This document shows, piece after piece, positions 22,104-32,450 of a DNA stretch of 64,000 nt. The translations under genes were made by a program, and so were the position numbers. The notes under the pieces were generated by a model. It saw only the letters and a list, made by a program, of their open reading frames with translations, was not told the DNA's origin and did not search any database. Position 1 is the stretch's first letter. Every line of letters starts with the position of its first letter. This stretch comes from Gammaproteobacteria bacterium (GTDB lineage: Bacteria > Pseudomonadota > Gammaproteobacteria > WFUO01): positions 60,096 to 124,095 of the forward strand of contig WFUO01000035.1 of the NCBI GenBank assembly GCA_015484945.1, in the 5' to 3' direction.

Positions 22104-22964
22104 TCAGCCGCTGACGAGGACCAGCACGCGACGGTTGGCGGCGCGTCCCTTGGCGGTGCGGTTGCTCTTCCAGGGCATGCGTTCACCAAAATACCGGACG
22201 CTGATGCGTGACGGCTTGATCCCCTTGCTGACCAGATAGCGTTTGACCGCCAGCGCACGCCGCTGCGAGAGCAGGAAATTGTAGCGTTTGCGTCCACGGC
22301 TGTCGGTGTGTCCATCGACTCGCAGACGCAGACGCTTGTCGAAACGCAGATAGGTGGCAATGGCATCCAGCTTGCGTCGCGCACGTTTTGAAAGCGCGTG
22401 TCGTGCAGTGGCGAAATAGATACGGCTACGGCGCAAACTGGCCAGACTGTACGGAATCAACGCACGCGTGCATACCTGAAAGCGCCGCAGTGCCGGCTGG
22501 AAATTGATCGCCGACAGGGATACCCGGATCTGCTGATTGTGATCCAGCCAGTCCTGGTAATGGAAGGTGGGGAAATAACCCTCGGCCAGTGCGTCGAGCA
22601 GGCGCAGGGCATCACGCCGCCCGGTGCGAATCGGCCAGGTCCCCGGGCGCAGTTGCAGTCCTGTTATCTCGCGGCTGGCGACATTGTGTTTCCACTGTGG
22701 CGGCACCGCCCAGACCTGTACCGGTATCTTGCGCTCGGGACGCACATGAACACGAATATGAAACTGCAGGCGGCCACCGGCACGCTGTGAAAAAACCGCC
22801 GTGCCATAAAACGGGATCTTCTGGCTCAGACTGCAGTACAACGGGGATGAACGGGTCGTCCATCTGGACTCGTGCCACGGCGACTGGTAGTGATGCACAC
22901 GCGCCCCAACCGGGGCCATTGCGGCCAGCAGGATGACAACGGTGATGACTCGTACGACTGACAC
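22104..22964 (-). CDS. motY: sodium-type flagellar stator-associated protein MotY (OmpA-like C-terminal domain)
   Basis: signal peptide; N-domain with YFPTFHYQDWLDHNQQIRV resembling Vibrio MotY (YPTFSYQDW...); C-terminal OmpA peptidoglycan-binding motif (DGHTDSRG...YNFLLSQRRA). Confidence 0.7.
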   Translation of the reverse strand: MSVVRVITVVILLAAMAPVGARVHHYQSPWHESRWTTRSSPLYCSLSQKIPFYGTAVFSQRAGGRLQFHIRVHVRPERKIPVQVWAVPPQWKHNVASREITGLQLRPGTWPIRTGRRDALRLLDALAEGYFPTFHYQDWLDHNQQIRVSLSAINFQPALRRFQVCTRALIPYSLASLRRSRIYFATARHALSKRARRKLDAIATYLRFDKRLRLRVDGHTDSRGRKRYNFLLSQRRALAVKRYLVSKGIKPSRISVRYFGERMPWKSNRTAKGRAANRRVLVLVSG

Positions 22965-23087
22965 GCGGATACCCTCGTTTCCCGGCCGATACTCATGATA
23001 GCGGACTGAGGCGCATAAACTTTAGAGCAAGAAAGTATGGGTATCCGCGTAATCGCACGGTAATGACTTCCGGTTGATCACACGAGA

Positions 23088-23332
23088 TCGACACGGAGGT
23101 ACGGTGTCACGGAGAAAATGTGAGTGTTTACCCAGGATTACAGCCTGCAGCCCTCATCCAGACTACGTTTCTGCCAGTGACCTGCTCATTGAACCCTCTG
23201 CACCTTGGCATTCTTTGCATTGATGCCATGCTGCCAGCGGGTGACACGCCATCACTGATTATCAGTGACACTCACGGATCACCCCTGATTTACCCTTAGT
23301 GGCTCCGTGCGTCCGTGATCTCCGTACAGGAT
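23088..23332. repeat. MITE-like intergenic repeat, CACGGAGAAAATGT type
   Basis: left GACACGGAGGTACGGTGTCACGGAGAAAATGTGAGTG, right GTGGCTCCGTGCGTCCGTGATCTCCGTAC; internal GGATTACAGCCTGCAGCC and CTTGGCATTCTTTGCATTGATGCCATGCTGCCAGCGGGTGACA shared with other copies. Confidence 0.5.
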
Positions 23333-23367
23333 ATCTGCCGTTCGTACGGAGTTTCCCCGAACCCCGG

Positions 23368-26300
23368 CTACCGCTTGCTGCGGCGCAGGCGCGACAACAA
23401 ACGGCGCGCCATTTCGCCGAACATCTCGGTCTGGGTCGGATGCGGATGGATCGCGTGCGCAACCTGTTCCAGGGTCATCTCGCCCGCCACCATCATCACG
23501 CCCTCACCAATCAGGGTATCGGCATGGTCTGCCAGATAGTGCACGCCGACGATGCGATGGGTCTTCTTGTCGGCGACAATCTTGATCATGCCGTGGGTCT
23601 CGTTGGTGATCATGGCCTTTGCGTCGATGCTCATCGGCATCTTGACCTCAACCGCGTCTATACCCCTGGCCCTGGCCTGTTCGACAGACAGGCCGACGAA
23701 GGCAGCCTCGGGCCGGGTGAAGATCACACCGCTGTCCTTGTCCTGGTCATAGGTCATGTCTTCACCGAGAATGGTTGCGGCGGCCACCCTGCCCTGCTGT
23801 CCGGCGGTATGCGCCAGCATCAGGCCCCCGATGACATCACCGACGGCGAAGATGTGCGGCACGCTGGTGCGGCAACGCGTATCGGCCTTGATCACACCAT
23901 TGTCGATGGCCACGCCCGCCTTGTCGAGCTGCAACGGCTCGAGCACCGGACGCTTGCCGGTAGCCATGAGCAGGTAGTCGCAGGTGAAACTGCGCGCCTT
24001 GCCGTCGGCATCCTCGTACGCGACCTTGACGGCCCCCGGCTCACCCTTGACGGACTTGATCTTGACCGAGGTCTTGATGTCCAGGCGTGGATCATCGTTG
24101 AGAACCGCCGTGAGATGTCTGGCGATCTCGGGTTCCACCTCGGCCAGAATACGATCACGCCCTTCCAGCAGGGTGACCTTGCTGCCGAAGTCCTGGAAGA
24201 TCTGCGCCATCTCCATGCCAATCGCGCCGCCGCCAACGACCCCCAGACGTCTTGGTGGCGCATCGAGCTGCCAGACGGTATCCGAAGTCAGCACGCTGCC
24301 ATTGTCGAGCCCCTCCGCGGCACCCGGAATCGGCGGCACGTACGGCGGCGCGCCAGTGGCGATGACCGCGCAACCGAAACGGATCTGCCGGCCCTCGGGT
24401 TTGCCGCCCGGCTGCTGGCGGCGGTGCGGGTCCTTGCTGTTGCCGCTGGTATCGATGAACAGCGTGTGTTGATCGACGAAGGATGCAAACCCCTGGATGA
24501 CCTCGATCCTGACGCCCTTGTCTGTCTTGAGCGCCATCTCGCCGCGTGTTTCTAGCACATGCCGGCGGGTCTTTTCGAGCTTGTCCCAATCCAGTTTCGC
24601 GCGCGTGGTGCCGGTAACACCCAGGTGCTCGTCATGGGCGCGGTCCCGGATCCGGTCGGCCGCCGCGCGCCAGGCCTTGGACGGGATGCAGCCACGCCAC
24701 AGGCATTCCCCCCCGGGAAACGGCGCGTCGTTGATCATGGCCACCTTGACGCCATGTTCGGCCAGATCCCGGGCGCAGTCCTCGCCACCAGGTCCGCCGC
24801 CGATGACGACCACGTCATAGTCCCAGTCGCCTTCGGGAATCGCCGGGCCGGTCGGGCCCATCCAGCTTTCGGGCTGCTCGATCAGACCCTTCAGGGTATT
24901 CAGATACATGGCCACTTCGGCCCCGTTGACGACCCGGTGATCGGCGGTAATCGTCATTGGCATGCCCTGTTCACCGGCCGTTGCCAGCGCCAGGATGGCG
25001 GCGATGCCGGGCGTGACGATAGCATCGAACTGACTCACGCCCAGCATGCCCATGTTCGAAATCATGAACGTCGGGTTGGCGTACTCCTCGGGCTTGAGGC
25101 GACGGCTGCGCGCACGCTCAACCAGGTCTTTCCAGTCGGCGCCCAGTTCCTCGAGACTGCGGCGATCGCAGGCGCGCAACACAGGCACCACCAGACCGCC
25201 GCCTTCTGCAGCCACCGCCATGCCGATATCGACCTGGCTGCGCTCGACCAGCCGGTCGGTGGGCTGATAGCACCAGTTCATGCTCGGATGTTTCTCCATC
25301 GCCAGCGCACAGGCCTTGGCAATCGCCACGGTAACCGATGTCCCCTTGGCTTTGGCTGCCTTGATCAGTGCCGCCGGACTGGCGTGCACGGTGACATGGA
25401 AGGTCGGTATCGTGATCGATGCCGACATCGAGTGGCTGACGGCCTTCTCCATCGCGTTCATCGGCCTGCCGTCGCCGGCCACCTCGGGTTCGGCGAACAC
25501 CGTGGTGGCGGCGGCGCTGCCGACGGGCTGGGCATTGAGCACGTCGGCCGCGGTAATCACACTGCCCGGGCCGGTACCCTGCACCTGGTTCAGATCCACC
25601 TGTTGCTGTCCGGCCAGCTTGCGCGCATACGGCGTGGCATACCGGGTGGCGGGACGGGGCGCCGGGGCAGCGGCGGTGCGGGACGGCACGCGTGCCACGG
25701 AATCGTCGCTTGCCGGCGTGGCCGCGGATGGCGCAGGTGTCTGCGCGCTGTCGGCGGACGGTGCCGCGGCTTCGACCCGCTGCTTCTCGTCCACGACCTG
25801 ATCAGCGGACTCAACCAGCCAGGCCATGACACCACCCACGGGCACCACGCTGTCAACCTCGACCATCGGACCGGACAGATAACCTTCGCGGAACACCTCG
25901 ACATCCATGATGGCCTTGTCGGTCTCGACCTGGGCGACGATGTCGCCCCGGCTGATCCTGTCGCCGGGGGCCTTCTCCCAGCTAACGACGATGCCCTCGG
26001 TCATGGTGTCGGAGAGCTGCGGCATCTTGATCGCGTGCACGGCGCCCTCCGGCTCGGCCAGGTCATTGCCTCCACCAGCCGCAGCGGGAGCCGGATCAGG
26101 TTCCGGTGCGGTTTCCGCCGCCGGATCCTCGTCCACCGGCGTTGCCGGCGCGGCGGCAGGCGCTCCGTCGTGATGCACCTCGTCGGCACTGGCGACGATA
26201 TAGGCGATCGGCTCTCCAACCGGTACGGTGCTATCCACCGGCGCCAGCGGCCCCGACAGATAGCCCTCACGGAATACCTCGACATCCATGATGGCCTTGT

Positions 26301-26430
26301 CGGTCTCGACCGTGGCGACGATGTCGCCGCGCTCGAGCCTGTCGCCGACATTCTTCTCCCAGCTCACGATGACACCTTCGGTCATGGTGTCGGAGAGCTG
26401 GGGCATTTTGATGACATAAGGATCTGCCAT
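23368..26430 (-). CDS. fused dihydrolipoamide acyltransferase (E2: 2 lipoyl domains, PSBD, catalytic) and dihydrolipoyl dehydrogenase (E3)
   Basis: 1020 aa; two lipoyl motifs (ETDKAIMDVEV x2), E3-binding segment, E2 catalytic DHRVVNGAE, then E3 FAD motif DYDVVVIGGGPGG, redox CLWRGCIPSK, NAD motif, C-terminal HAHPTQTE. Confidence 0.85.
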   Translation of the reverse strand: MADPYVIKMPQLSDTMTEGVIVSWEKNVGDRLERGDIVATVETDKAIMDVEVFREGYLSGPLAPVDSTVPVGEPIAYIVASADEVHHDGAPAAAPATPVDEDPAAETAPEPDPAPAAAGGGNDLAEPEGAVHAIKMPQLSDTMTEGIVVSWEKAPGDRISRGDIVAQVETDKAIMDVEVFREGYLSGPMVEVDSVVPVGGVMAWLVESADQVVDEKQRVEAAAPSADSAQTPAPSAATPASDDSVARVPSRTAAAPAPRPATRYATPYARKLAGQQQVDLNQVQGTGPGSVITAADVLNAQPVGSAAATTVFAEPEVAGDGRPMNAMEKAVSHSMSASITIPTFHVTVHASPAALIKAAKAKGTSVTVAIAKACALAMEKHPSMNWCYQPTDRLVERSQVDIGMAVAAEGGGLVVPVLRACDRRSLEELGADWKDLVERARSRRLKPEEYANPTFMISNMGMLGVSQFDAIVTPGIAAILALATAGEQGMPMTITADHRVVNGAEVAMYLNTLKGLIEQPESWMGPTGPAIPEGDWDYDVVVIGGGPGGEDCARDLAEHGVKVAMINDAPFPGGECLWRGCIPSKAWRAAADRIRDRAHDEHLGVTGTTRAKLDWDKLEKTRRHVLETRGEMALKTDKGVRIEVIQGFASFVDQHTLFIDTSGNSKDPHRRQQPGGKPEGRQIRFGCAVIATGAPPYVPPIPGAAEGLDNGSVLTSDTVWQLDAPPRRLGVVGGGAIGMEMAQIFQDFGSKVTLLEGRDRILAEVEPEIARHLTAVLNDDPRLDIKTSVKIKSVKGEPGAVKVAYEDADGKARSFTCDYLLMATGKRPVLEPLQLDKAGVAIDNGVIKADTRCRTSVPHIFAVGDVIGGLMLAHTAGQQGRVAAATILGEDMTYDQDKDSGVIFTRPEAAFVGLSVEQARARGIDAVEVKMPMSIDAKAMITNETHGMIKIVADKKTHRIVGVHYLADHADTLIGEGVMMVAGEMTLEQVAHAIHPHPTQTEMFGEMARRLLSRLRRSKR

Positions 26431-26511
26431 GTGACTCCCTGAATTTCCGGGACCCGACGCACGCCATGCACGCCGGGTCGGGCCGCACGCACGCGGCAGG
26501 ACGATTGAACG

Positions 26512-27489
26512 CTACTTGCCGAACATCTTCAGAACCGCGCGCACGACGTCGTCGGGGCTCGGAATGGCGGCTTTCTCCAGCTTGTGGTTGTACGGTATTG
26601 GTACATTTTTCGCCGACACCCGTACCGGCGGCGCATCAAGCTCGAAGAAACACTCCTCATTGATGATGGCCATGACCTCGGAACCCACGCCGACCGGCGG
26701 CTCCGCTTCCTCGACGATCACGGCCCGGTGGGTCTTGCTCACCGACTGGCGTATCCCCTCGCGGTCGATCGGGTTCAGCGCGAACAGGTCGACGACCTCG
26801 GCCTCGATGCCATGCTTTGCCAGCACATCGGCCGCCTGCAGGGCCCAGTGCACCGAGATGTTATAACCGAACAGGGTCACGTCACGACCCTCGCGCGCGA
26901 TCTCGGACCCTTCCAGCGGCATGAAGTATTCCTCGTCCGGCACCTCGCCCTTGAGGTTGTACATCAGCTCATGCTCGTTGATGAACACCGGATCGTCGCA
27001 ACGCACGGCGGACTTGAGCAGGCCATAGGCCTGACGTGGATTGGACGGTGTCACCACGCGCAGACCGGCGATACCCATGAACACCTTCTCCATGCGCGCC
27101 GAATGCTGGGCGCCGAGCTGGTGCGCGGTCCCCCCGGGTGAACGCACGACCACCGGGGCGCGCAACTGGCCGCCGGACATGTAGTGCACCTTGGCCGCCG
27201 AATTGAACAGCTGGTCCATTGCCAGCCAGGCAAAGTTGACCGACATGATCTCGACGATCGGCCGCACGCCGATGAAGGAGGCGCCGATCGCCAGACCGGT
27301 AAAACCGTTCTCGGAAATCGGCGTGTCGATGACCCGCTCCGGCCCATACTTGTCGTACAGACCCTTGGTGGCCTTGTAGGTGCCACCGGCGACACCGATA
27401 TCCTCACCCATGCAGATCACCATCGGATCGCGGGCCATTTCCTCGTCGTGCGCACGGCGCACGGCTTCCCAGAACATCATCTCGGCCAT
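26512..27489 (-). CDS. pdhB: 2-oxoacid (pyruvate/acetoin-type) dehydrogenase E1 beta subunit
   Basis: MAEMMFWEAVRRAHDEEMARDPMVICMGEDIG... transketolase-like pyrimidine-binding and C-terminal domains; start overlaps pdhA stop. Confidence 0.9.
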   Translation of the reverse strand: MAEMMFWEAVRRAHDEEMARDPMVICMGEDIGVAGGTYKATKGLYDKYGPERVIDTPISENGFTGLAIGASFIGVRPIVEIMSVNFAWLAMDQLFNSAAKVHYMSGGQLRAPVVVRSPGGTAHQLGAQHSARMEKVFMGIAGLRVVTPSNPRQAYGLLKSAVRCDDPVFINEHELMYNLKGEVPDEEYFMPLEGSEIAREGRDVTLFGYNISVHWALQAADVLAKHGIEAEVVDLFALNPIDREGIRQSVSKTHRAVIVEEAEPPVGVGSEVMAIINEECFFELDAPPVRVSAKNVPIPYNHKLEKAAIPSPDDVVRAVLKMFGK

Positions 27490-28505
27490 CAGCCTGCACC
27501 TCCCCTGACCCACGGATCGTTCTCAACGAGCACATATTTCTCCAGCATCTCGAGTGGCGGTTCGGGCGATTCCTCGGCAAAGCGGATGATCTCATCCTCG
27601 ATCTGCTCGAGGATCTCGTGATCGAGTTTCTTGTAATCGTCGAGCGTCATCTCGCCGGCCTCGATCAGCCGGTCGCGCAGGATAATGACCGGGTCGCGCT
27701 CACCCCAGCGCCGTTCCTCGGCCTTTTCACGATAGGCGTTGGAATCCGACATCGAATGACCCCGGTAGCGGTAGGTCATCAGTTCAAGGAAATATGGTCC
27801 CTTGCCGGAACGCACATGCTCGATGGCATCGACGGCGGCATCATAAACCACATCGATATCCTGGCCATCGACCTGACGCGAGGGAATATTATAGGCGCTG
27901 ACGCGCTTGTACTGATCGACCACAGCCGTGGAGCGGTCGATACGGGTGCCAATGCCGTACAGATTGTTCTCGCACACATACAGCACCGGCAGCTCCCACA
28001 GAGCCGCCATGTTCAGGGATTCGTGGAAGGTTCCCTGGTTGTTGGCCGCATCACCGAGAAAACAGATACAAATCTCGTCACCACCCTTCATCTTGATGCC
28101 CTTGGCGATCCCCGCCGCAAGTGGAAACGGCCCGCCGACCAGGGCATAGCCACCCATGAAGCGGTGATCGACGCCAAAGATGTGCATCGAGCCACCGAGC
28201 CCCTTGCAGGTGCCGGTGACCTTGGCGAACAGTTCGGCCATCACGGCCTTGGGATCAACACCGGACTTGATGGCGTGGATATGGTCGCGGTAACTGGTGA
28301 TGATGTAGTCATGACCGGGCCGGGCCGCCTCGATGACACCATGGGCGCAGGCCTCTTCGCCGCAGTACAGATGCAGGAAACCGCCAATCTTGCGTTCCAC
28401 ATAGGCTTCGTAGCAGCGCTCTTCGAAGCGCCGGGCAAACAGCATTTCGCGCAGAAGTCGCTTGTGGCTCTCTACGCTGAGGGTATTCTTGAGTGAGGAG
28501 TTCAT
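27489..28505 (-). CDS. pdhA: 2-oxoacid dehydrogenase E1 alpha subunit (TPP-binding)
   Basis: 338 aa; TPP motif GDAANNQGTFHESLNMAALWELPVLYVCENN; YRYRGHSMSD. Confidence 0.9.
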   Translation of the reverse strand: MNSSLKNTLSVESHKRLLREMLFARRFEERCYEAYVERKIGGFLHLYCGEEACAHGVIEAARPGHDYIITSYRDHIHAIKSGVDPKAVMAELFAKVTGTCKGLGGSMHIFGVDHRFMGGYALVGGPFPLAAGIAKGIKMKGGDEICICFLGDAANNQGTFHESLNMAALWELPVLYVCENNLYGIGTRIDRSTAVVDQYKRVSAYNIPSRQVDGQDIDVVYDAAVDAIEHVRSGKGPYFLELMTYRYRGHSMSDSNAYREKAEERRWGERDPVIILRDRLIEAGEMTLDDYKKLDHEILEQIEDEIIRFAEESPEPPLEMLEKYVLVENDPWVRGGAG

Positions 28506-28812
28506 AAGGCCCCTTGAGCTTTTTTGTTAGCCGAATCAGGCCGCGTCTCGTGTGACAAGACCGCAAACCCGGGTAATGAACGGCGTATGATCGGCGTTTT
28601 GCCCCGGCAGGTCAAGAAAAAGGCACTCGACCGACTTCGCGTATGTGGTTATTTTTTTAATACTATCATGTAGTTGAATAATTTTTGGACATCTGAAGAC
28701 AAGGTTGGAAAAAACCGTCAAAGCCATCCGGCCAGGCCTGGCGAGACTGTATCGGCCTGACGAATCCCCCTATAATGGACGGAATTGGCACCAGCGCCCC
28801 GGAATTCGCATT

Positions 28813-29868
28813 ATGAGCACACCTGCACGTCTGACTCTCACCCGTCCCGACGACTGGCATCTGCATCTGCGGGACGGCCCGGCCATGCAGGCGGTGGTCA
28901 TGCACACGGCACAGCGTTTCGCCCGCGCCATCATCATGCCCAACCTGAAACCGCCGGTGACCAGTGTGGCCCAGGCGCAGGCCTACCGCCGGCGTATTCT
29001 CGACGCGCTGCCGGCCGACAGCGGCTTCGAGCCACTGATGACCCTCTATTTGACTCCACAGACCGATCCTGACGAAATCCGCGCCGCGCGCGACAGCGGC
29101 ATCGTCCACGCAGTCAAACTCTACCCTGCCGGGGCCACGACCAACGCCGAGGCCGGCGTGAACGATCTGAAGGCCATCTACCCGATACTCGAGGTCATGC
29201 AACAGGTGGATCTGCCGCTGCTTGTACACGGCGAGTCCACCGACTCATCAGTGGATGTATTCGACCGGGAGGCGGCGTTCATCAACCACCATCTGGGGCC
29301 GATCTGCGAGACCTTTGCGTCCCTGCGTGTGGTGCTCGAACACATCACCACCCGTGAAGCCGTGGCATTCGTGCGCGAGGCCCGTCCCGGCGTTGCGGCC
29401 ACGATCACCGCCCATCACCTGCTGCTCAACCGCAACGCCATGTTCGAAAGCGGGATACGACCGCATCACTACTGCCTCCCGGTACTCAAGCGTGAACGCC
29501 ACAGGCAGGCCCTGGTCGAAGCCGCCACCAGCGGCGATCCGCGCTTCTTCCTTGGCACCGACAGCGCCCCGCACCCGCGCCGCGCCAAGGAATCCGCCTG
29601 CGGCTGCGCCGGCATCTATACCGCGCATGCCGCGATCGAACTGTATGCCGAGGTCTTCGAAGCCGCCGGGGCACTGGATCGCCTCGAAGCCTTCGCCAGC
29701 TTCCACGGGCCCGATTTCTATGGTCTGCCACGCAACCGCGACAGCATCACAGTGGAGAAAGCGAGCTGGAAGGTACCCGCCAGCTATCCGCTCGACGGCG
29801 ACGAAGTGGTGCCGCTGCGCGCCGGGCAGGATGTGGGCTGGCGGATTGCCGGCGAGTCATCTGTTTAG
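28813..29868 (+). CDS. pyrC: dihydroorotase (class II, E. coli type)
   Basis: [22 protein letters not shown]... ~351 aa; HxH metal motif, carboxylated-Lys region AVKLYPAG; ATG at 28813. Confidence 0.9.
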   Translation: MSTPARLTLTRPDDWHLHLRDGPAMQAVVMHTAQRFARAIIMPNLKPPVTSVAQAQAYRRRILDALPADSGFEPLMTLYLTPQTDPDEIRAARDSGIVHAVKLYPAGATTNAEAGVNDLKAIYPILEVMQQVDLPLLVHGESTDSSVDVFDREAAFINHHLGPICETFASLRVVLEHITTREAVAFVREARPGVAATITAHHLLLNRNAMFESGIRPHHYCLPVLKRERHRQALVEAATSGDPRFFLGTDSAPHPRRAKESACGCAGIYTAHAAIELYAEVFEAAGALDRLEAFASFHGPDFYGLPRNRDSITVEKASWKVPASYPLDGDEVVPLRAGQDVGWRIAGESSV

Positions 29869-29880
29869 GTATTGAGTTCA

Positions 29881-30241
29881 ACACGGAGCACACAGAGGAG
29901 GCACAGAGACCACAAAGGTGGACAATGGTTTATCCGCGGGGACATGGATAACATGGGAAAATCTGGCTGCACGACCCTTCATGCAGATGACCTGGACACC
30001 CAGCACGCCCGTAGTTCAACCATCGCTGTCTTTGCGTCCTCCGCGCCTTGGCGTTCTTTGCGTTACCTCACGCCCTCAGCAGCAGTGGCGCGGCCCGGAT
30101 GCAGGCCACAGGCCGGAATCCGTGGATCTTCGTACGGATGGCATGCGGTCAACACGGTGATACAAAGGCGAGGATTGAAAGGCCTGCCGGCACACCCACA
30201 AGGATTTTCTCCGTGGCTCCGTGCCTCTGTGTGCTCCGTGT
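29881..30241. repeat. MITE-like element with perfect 18-bp terminal inverted repeats
   Basis: 5' ACACGGAGCACACAGAGG at 29881 and its exact reverse complement CCTCTGTGTGCTCCGTGT at 30224-30241; internal TTTGCGTCCTCCGCGCCTTGGCGTTCTTTGCGTT segment shared with 53825 and 23088 copies. Confidence 0.6.
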
Positions 30242-30265
30242 CAAGTTCATGCCGTATTGCATCAA

Positions 30266-30649
30266 TCAGTTCTGCACCGGATCCACACCATACAGCGTGC
30301 GTACCGGATCGGTGGCCAGGTAGCCGCGCACGCCGATGAGGTAGAACACCAGCACGAAATACAGCAACAGGCTGAGCGGCACCTTGAACAGGCCGCCATC
30401 GACCAGCAGCAGGACTGCCCATACGGCGATAGTCAGCGCCAGAACATAGATCAGCGCCCGGGCGACCTTCCAGACGATACGCTGTCGCCATGGCAACAGT
30501 ATCGCGCTCAATGTGAATCCGATACCGATGATCGGCGCCACTCCCGGACCCAGGGCCTGTTTGCGCTGGTAAAAGGTCAGCGCGACATAGAGATAATACA
30601 GCCCCAGCAAGGCATTGACGATGACGATATTGCGTATGCCTCTAGGCAT
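30266..30649 (-). CDS. small hypothetical membrane protein
   Basis: 127 aa, 3-4 hydrophobic helices; no recognisable motif. Confidence 0.45.
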   Translation of the reverse strand: MPRGIRNIVIVNALLGLYYLYVALTFYQRKQALGPGVAPIIGIGFTLSAILLPWRQRIVWKVARALIYVLALTIAVWAVLLLVDGGLFKVPLSLLLYFVLVFYLIGVRGYLATDPVRTLYGVDPVQN

Positions 30650-30658
30650 GTGATGTCC

Positions 30659-31579
30659 TCAGTACAGGCGTGTCACGCGGTAGCCGCTGCCCTCGAGCAG
30701 ACGCAGCAGCCCCAGGCGCCCGGTCAGGTGCAGGGTGCCAACGGCGAAGAAGGTATTGCCCCTGCGCAGCCACGGTTGCATGCGACGGTGCATGATACGG
30801 TTGCGGCGCACGATCAGCCAGTCAACCAGTTTTTTCGCCGATGCCAGGTCACCGGTCCAGTTGCTGCGCGCGCCGACCGTGACCATGGCCTTCAGGTCAC
30901 GATCGAGCCAGGCCTGCAACAGACGGCGGAACGACGCATGCACCTGTTCGATGTTGTTGACGGTCTGACGCAGCATGTTCACCTGCTCCCGCATGTCAAG
31001 AAAATCGAAGGCCGCGCCATGCTCCGCGGCTGTTTCCAGTCCGCAGACCTGCTTGTTGCGGCTGATCGCGCTGGTGTAGAGACGCATGTCCAGCATCTGC
31101 GCGCCCACGTAACGCGGCGGGATGTTGAGCAGATAGGCCACCGCAAAGGGTTTCATGCGATCGAAGCTGCCTGACTGCAACCCATAGCGCTTCATCAGGC
31201 GCGCCGTGGCCTGATACAGCCGCTTGGGCAACAGGGTCTTCAGGCTGCGTCCGTCCTGAAAATACATGCTCTTGAGCTCCATCTCCAACATGCGGAAATC
31301 CATCTTCACTTCGGTACACACGGTTTGCGCGCCATCAAAAGCGCGCTGGATAACAGGTGGCAGACGTGTCACGCGCGGATCATCGACATGGATGGTACCA
31401 AGCAGGTAACTGGGCCGCAGGCCGGGTTTCTCGATCTTCCAGAAAATGCCGCGGGTGTACTTGCGCGGCACGATGTCGGCAAACACCCGCATCAGGTCGT
31501 CCCGTGACGCGGCCAGACCGGACCCCGGAAGGGCCAGGATCAGCAACAGCACATGGATGAGAAGACGCGATGTTCGCAT
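30659..31579 (-). CDS. TraB/GumN family protein
   Basis: signal peptide (LLIHVLLLILALPGSGLAA) then YLLGTIHVDD hallmark of TraB/GumN; start taken at MRTSRLL. Confidence 0.7.
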   Translation of the reverse strand: MRTSRLLIHVLLLILALPGSGLAASRDDLMRVFADIVPRKYTRGIFWKIEKPGLRPSYLLGTIHVDDPRVTRLPPVIQRAFDGAQTVCTEVKMDFRMLEMELKSMYFQDGRSLKTLLPKRLYQATARLMKRYGLQSGSFDRMKPFAVAYLLNIPPRYVGAQMLDMRLYTSAISRNKQVCGLETAAEHGAAFDFLDMREQVNMLRQTVNNIEQVHASFRRLLQAWLDRDLKAMVTVGARSNWTGDLASAKKLVDWLIVRRNRIMHRRMQPWLRRGNTFFAVGTLHLTGRLGLLRLLEGSGYRVTRLY

Positions 31580-31725
31580 AACCGGAGTATAACCCGAATG
31601 TCGCAGCAGCCGAACCAGCCTGTGCACACGGACCAGATCAGCATTCAAATCAACTGACACCAACCGGGTGCCCCCCTGACGGATACGCCTGTATTTTGCA
31701 CCACGCTTCCGTTATGCTGTGACCC

Positions 31726-32388
31726 ATGCAGGAACAGCACAGCAAACCGGCCATTGCCGACCGCTTTCGGGGCTATCTGCCGGTGATCGTTGATGTCGAG
31801 ACCGGCGGATTCAACGCCACCACTGATGCCCTGCTGGAGATCGCGGCCGTGATTCCGGAAATGGACGAACAAGGCCTGTTGCATCCGGGTGATACCGTAC
31901 ATGCCCACGTGGTGCCGTTCGAGGGCGCCAACCTGGACCCCGCGGCGCTGGAATTCACCGGCATCGACCCGTGGCATCCGCTACGCCTGGCCAAGTCCGA
32001 ACACGAGGCCATGTCATCGGTGTTCAAGACCGTGCGCACCGCGGTCAAGAACAGCGGCTGCACACGCGCCATCCTGGTCGGTCACAACGCGTTCTTCGAC
32101 CTGGGTTTCGTCAACGCCGCGGCCGAGCGCTGCGGCATCAAGCGCAACCCGTTTCATCCGTTCAGCTGTTTCGACACCGCCACACTGTCGGGCCTGGTGT
32201 ACGGCCAGACGGTACTGGCGCGCGCGGCCCAGGCCGCCGGCATCGAATGGGATGACAACGAGGCGCACTCGGCGCGTTACGACGCCATGCAGACGGCCAG
32301 ACTGTTCTGCACCATCGTCAATCGCTGGAAAGAACTCTCTGACAGGGAAAAGGCCTGCATGGAAGCAGGCCTTCTGCAGGATTCCTGA
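31726..32388 (+). CDS. rnt: ribonuclease T
   Basis: [29 protein letters not shown]...[15 protein letters not shown]; DEDDh exonuclease, close match to E. coli RNase T. Confidence 0.92.
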   Translation: MQEQHSKPAIADRFRGYLPVIVDVETGGFNATTDALLEIAAVIPEMDEQGLLHPGDTVHAHVVPFEGANLDPAALEFTGIDPWHPLRLAKSEHEAMSSVFKTVRTAVKNSGCTRAILVGHNAFFDLGFVNAAAERCGIKRNPFHPFSCFDTATLSGLVYGQTVLARAAQAAGIEWDDNEAHSARYDAMQTARLFCTIVNRWKELSDREKACMEAGLLQDS

Positions 32389-32450
32389 ACCGGTCATTCC
32401 TGATCCGGGTACTGCGGTCGCAAGGGATCCCGCCGTCAGCGGGATACCGG

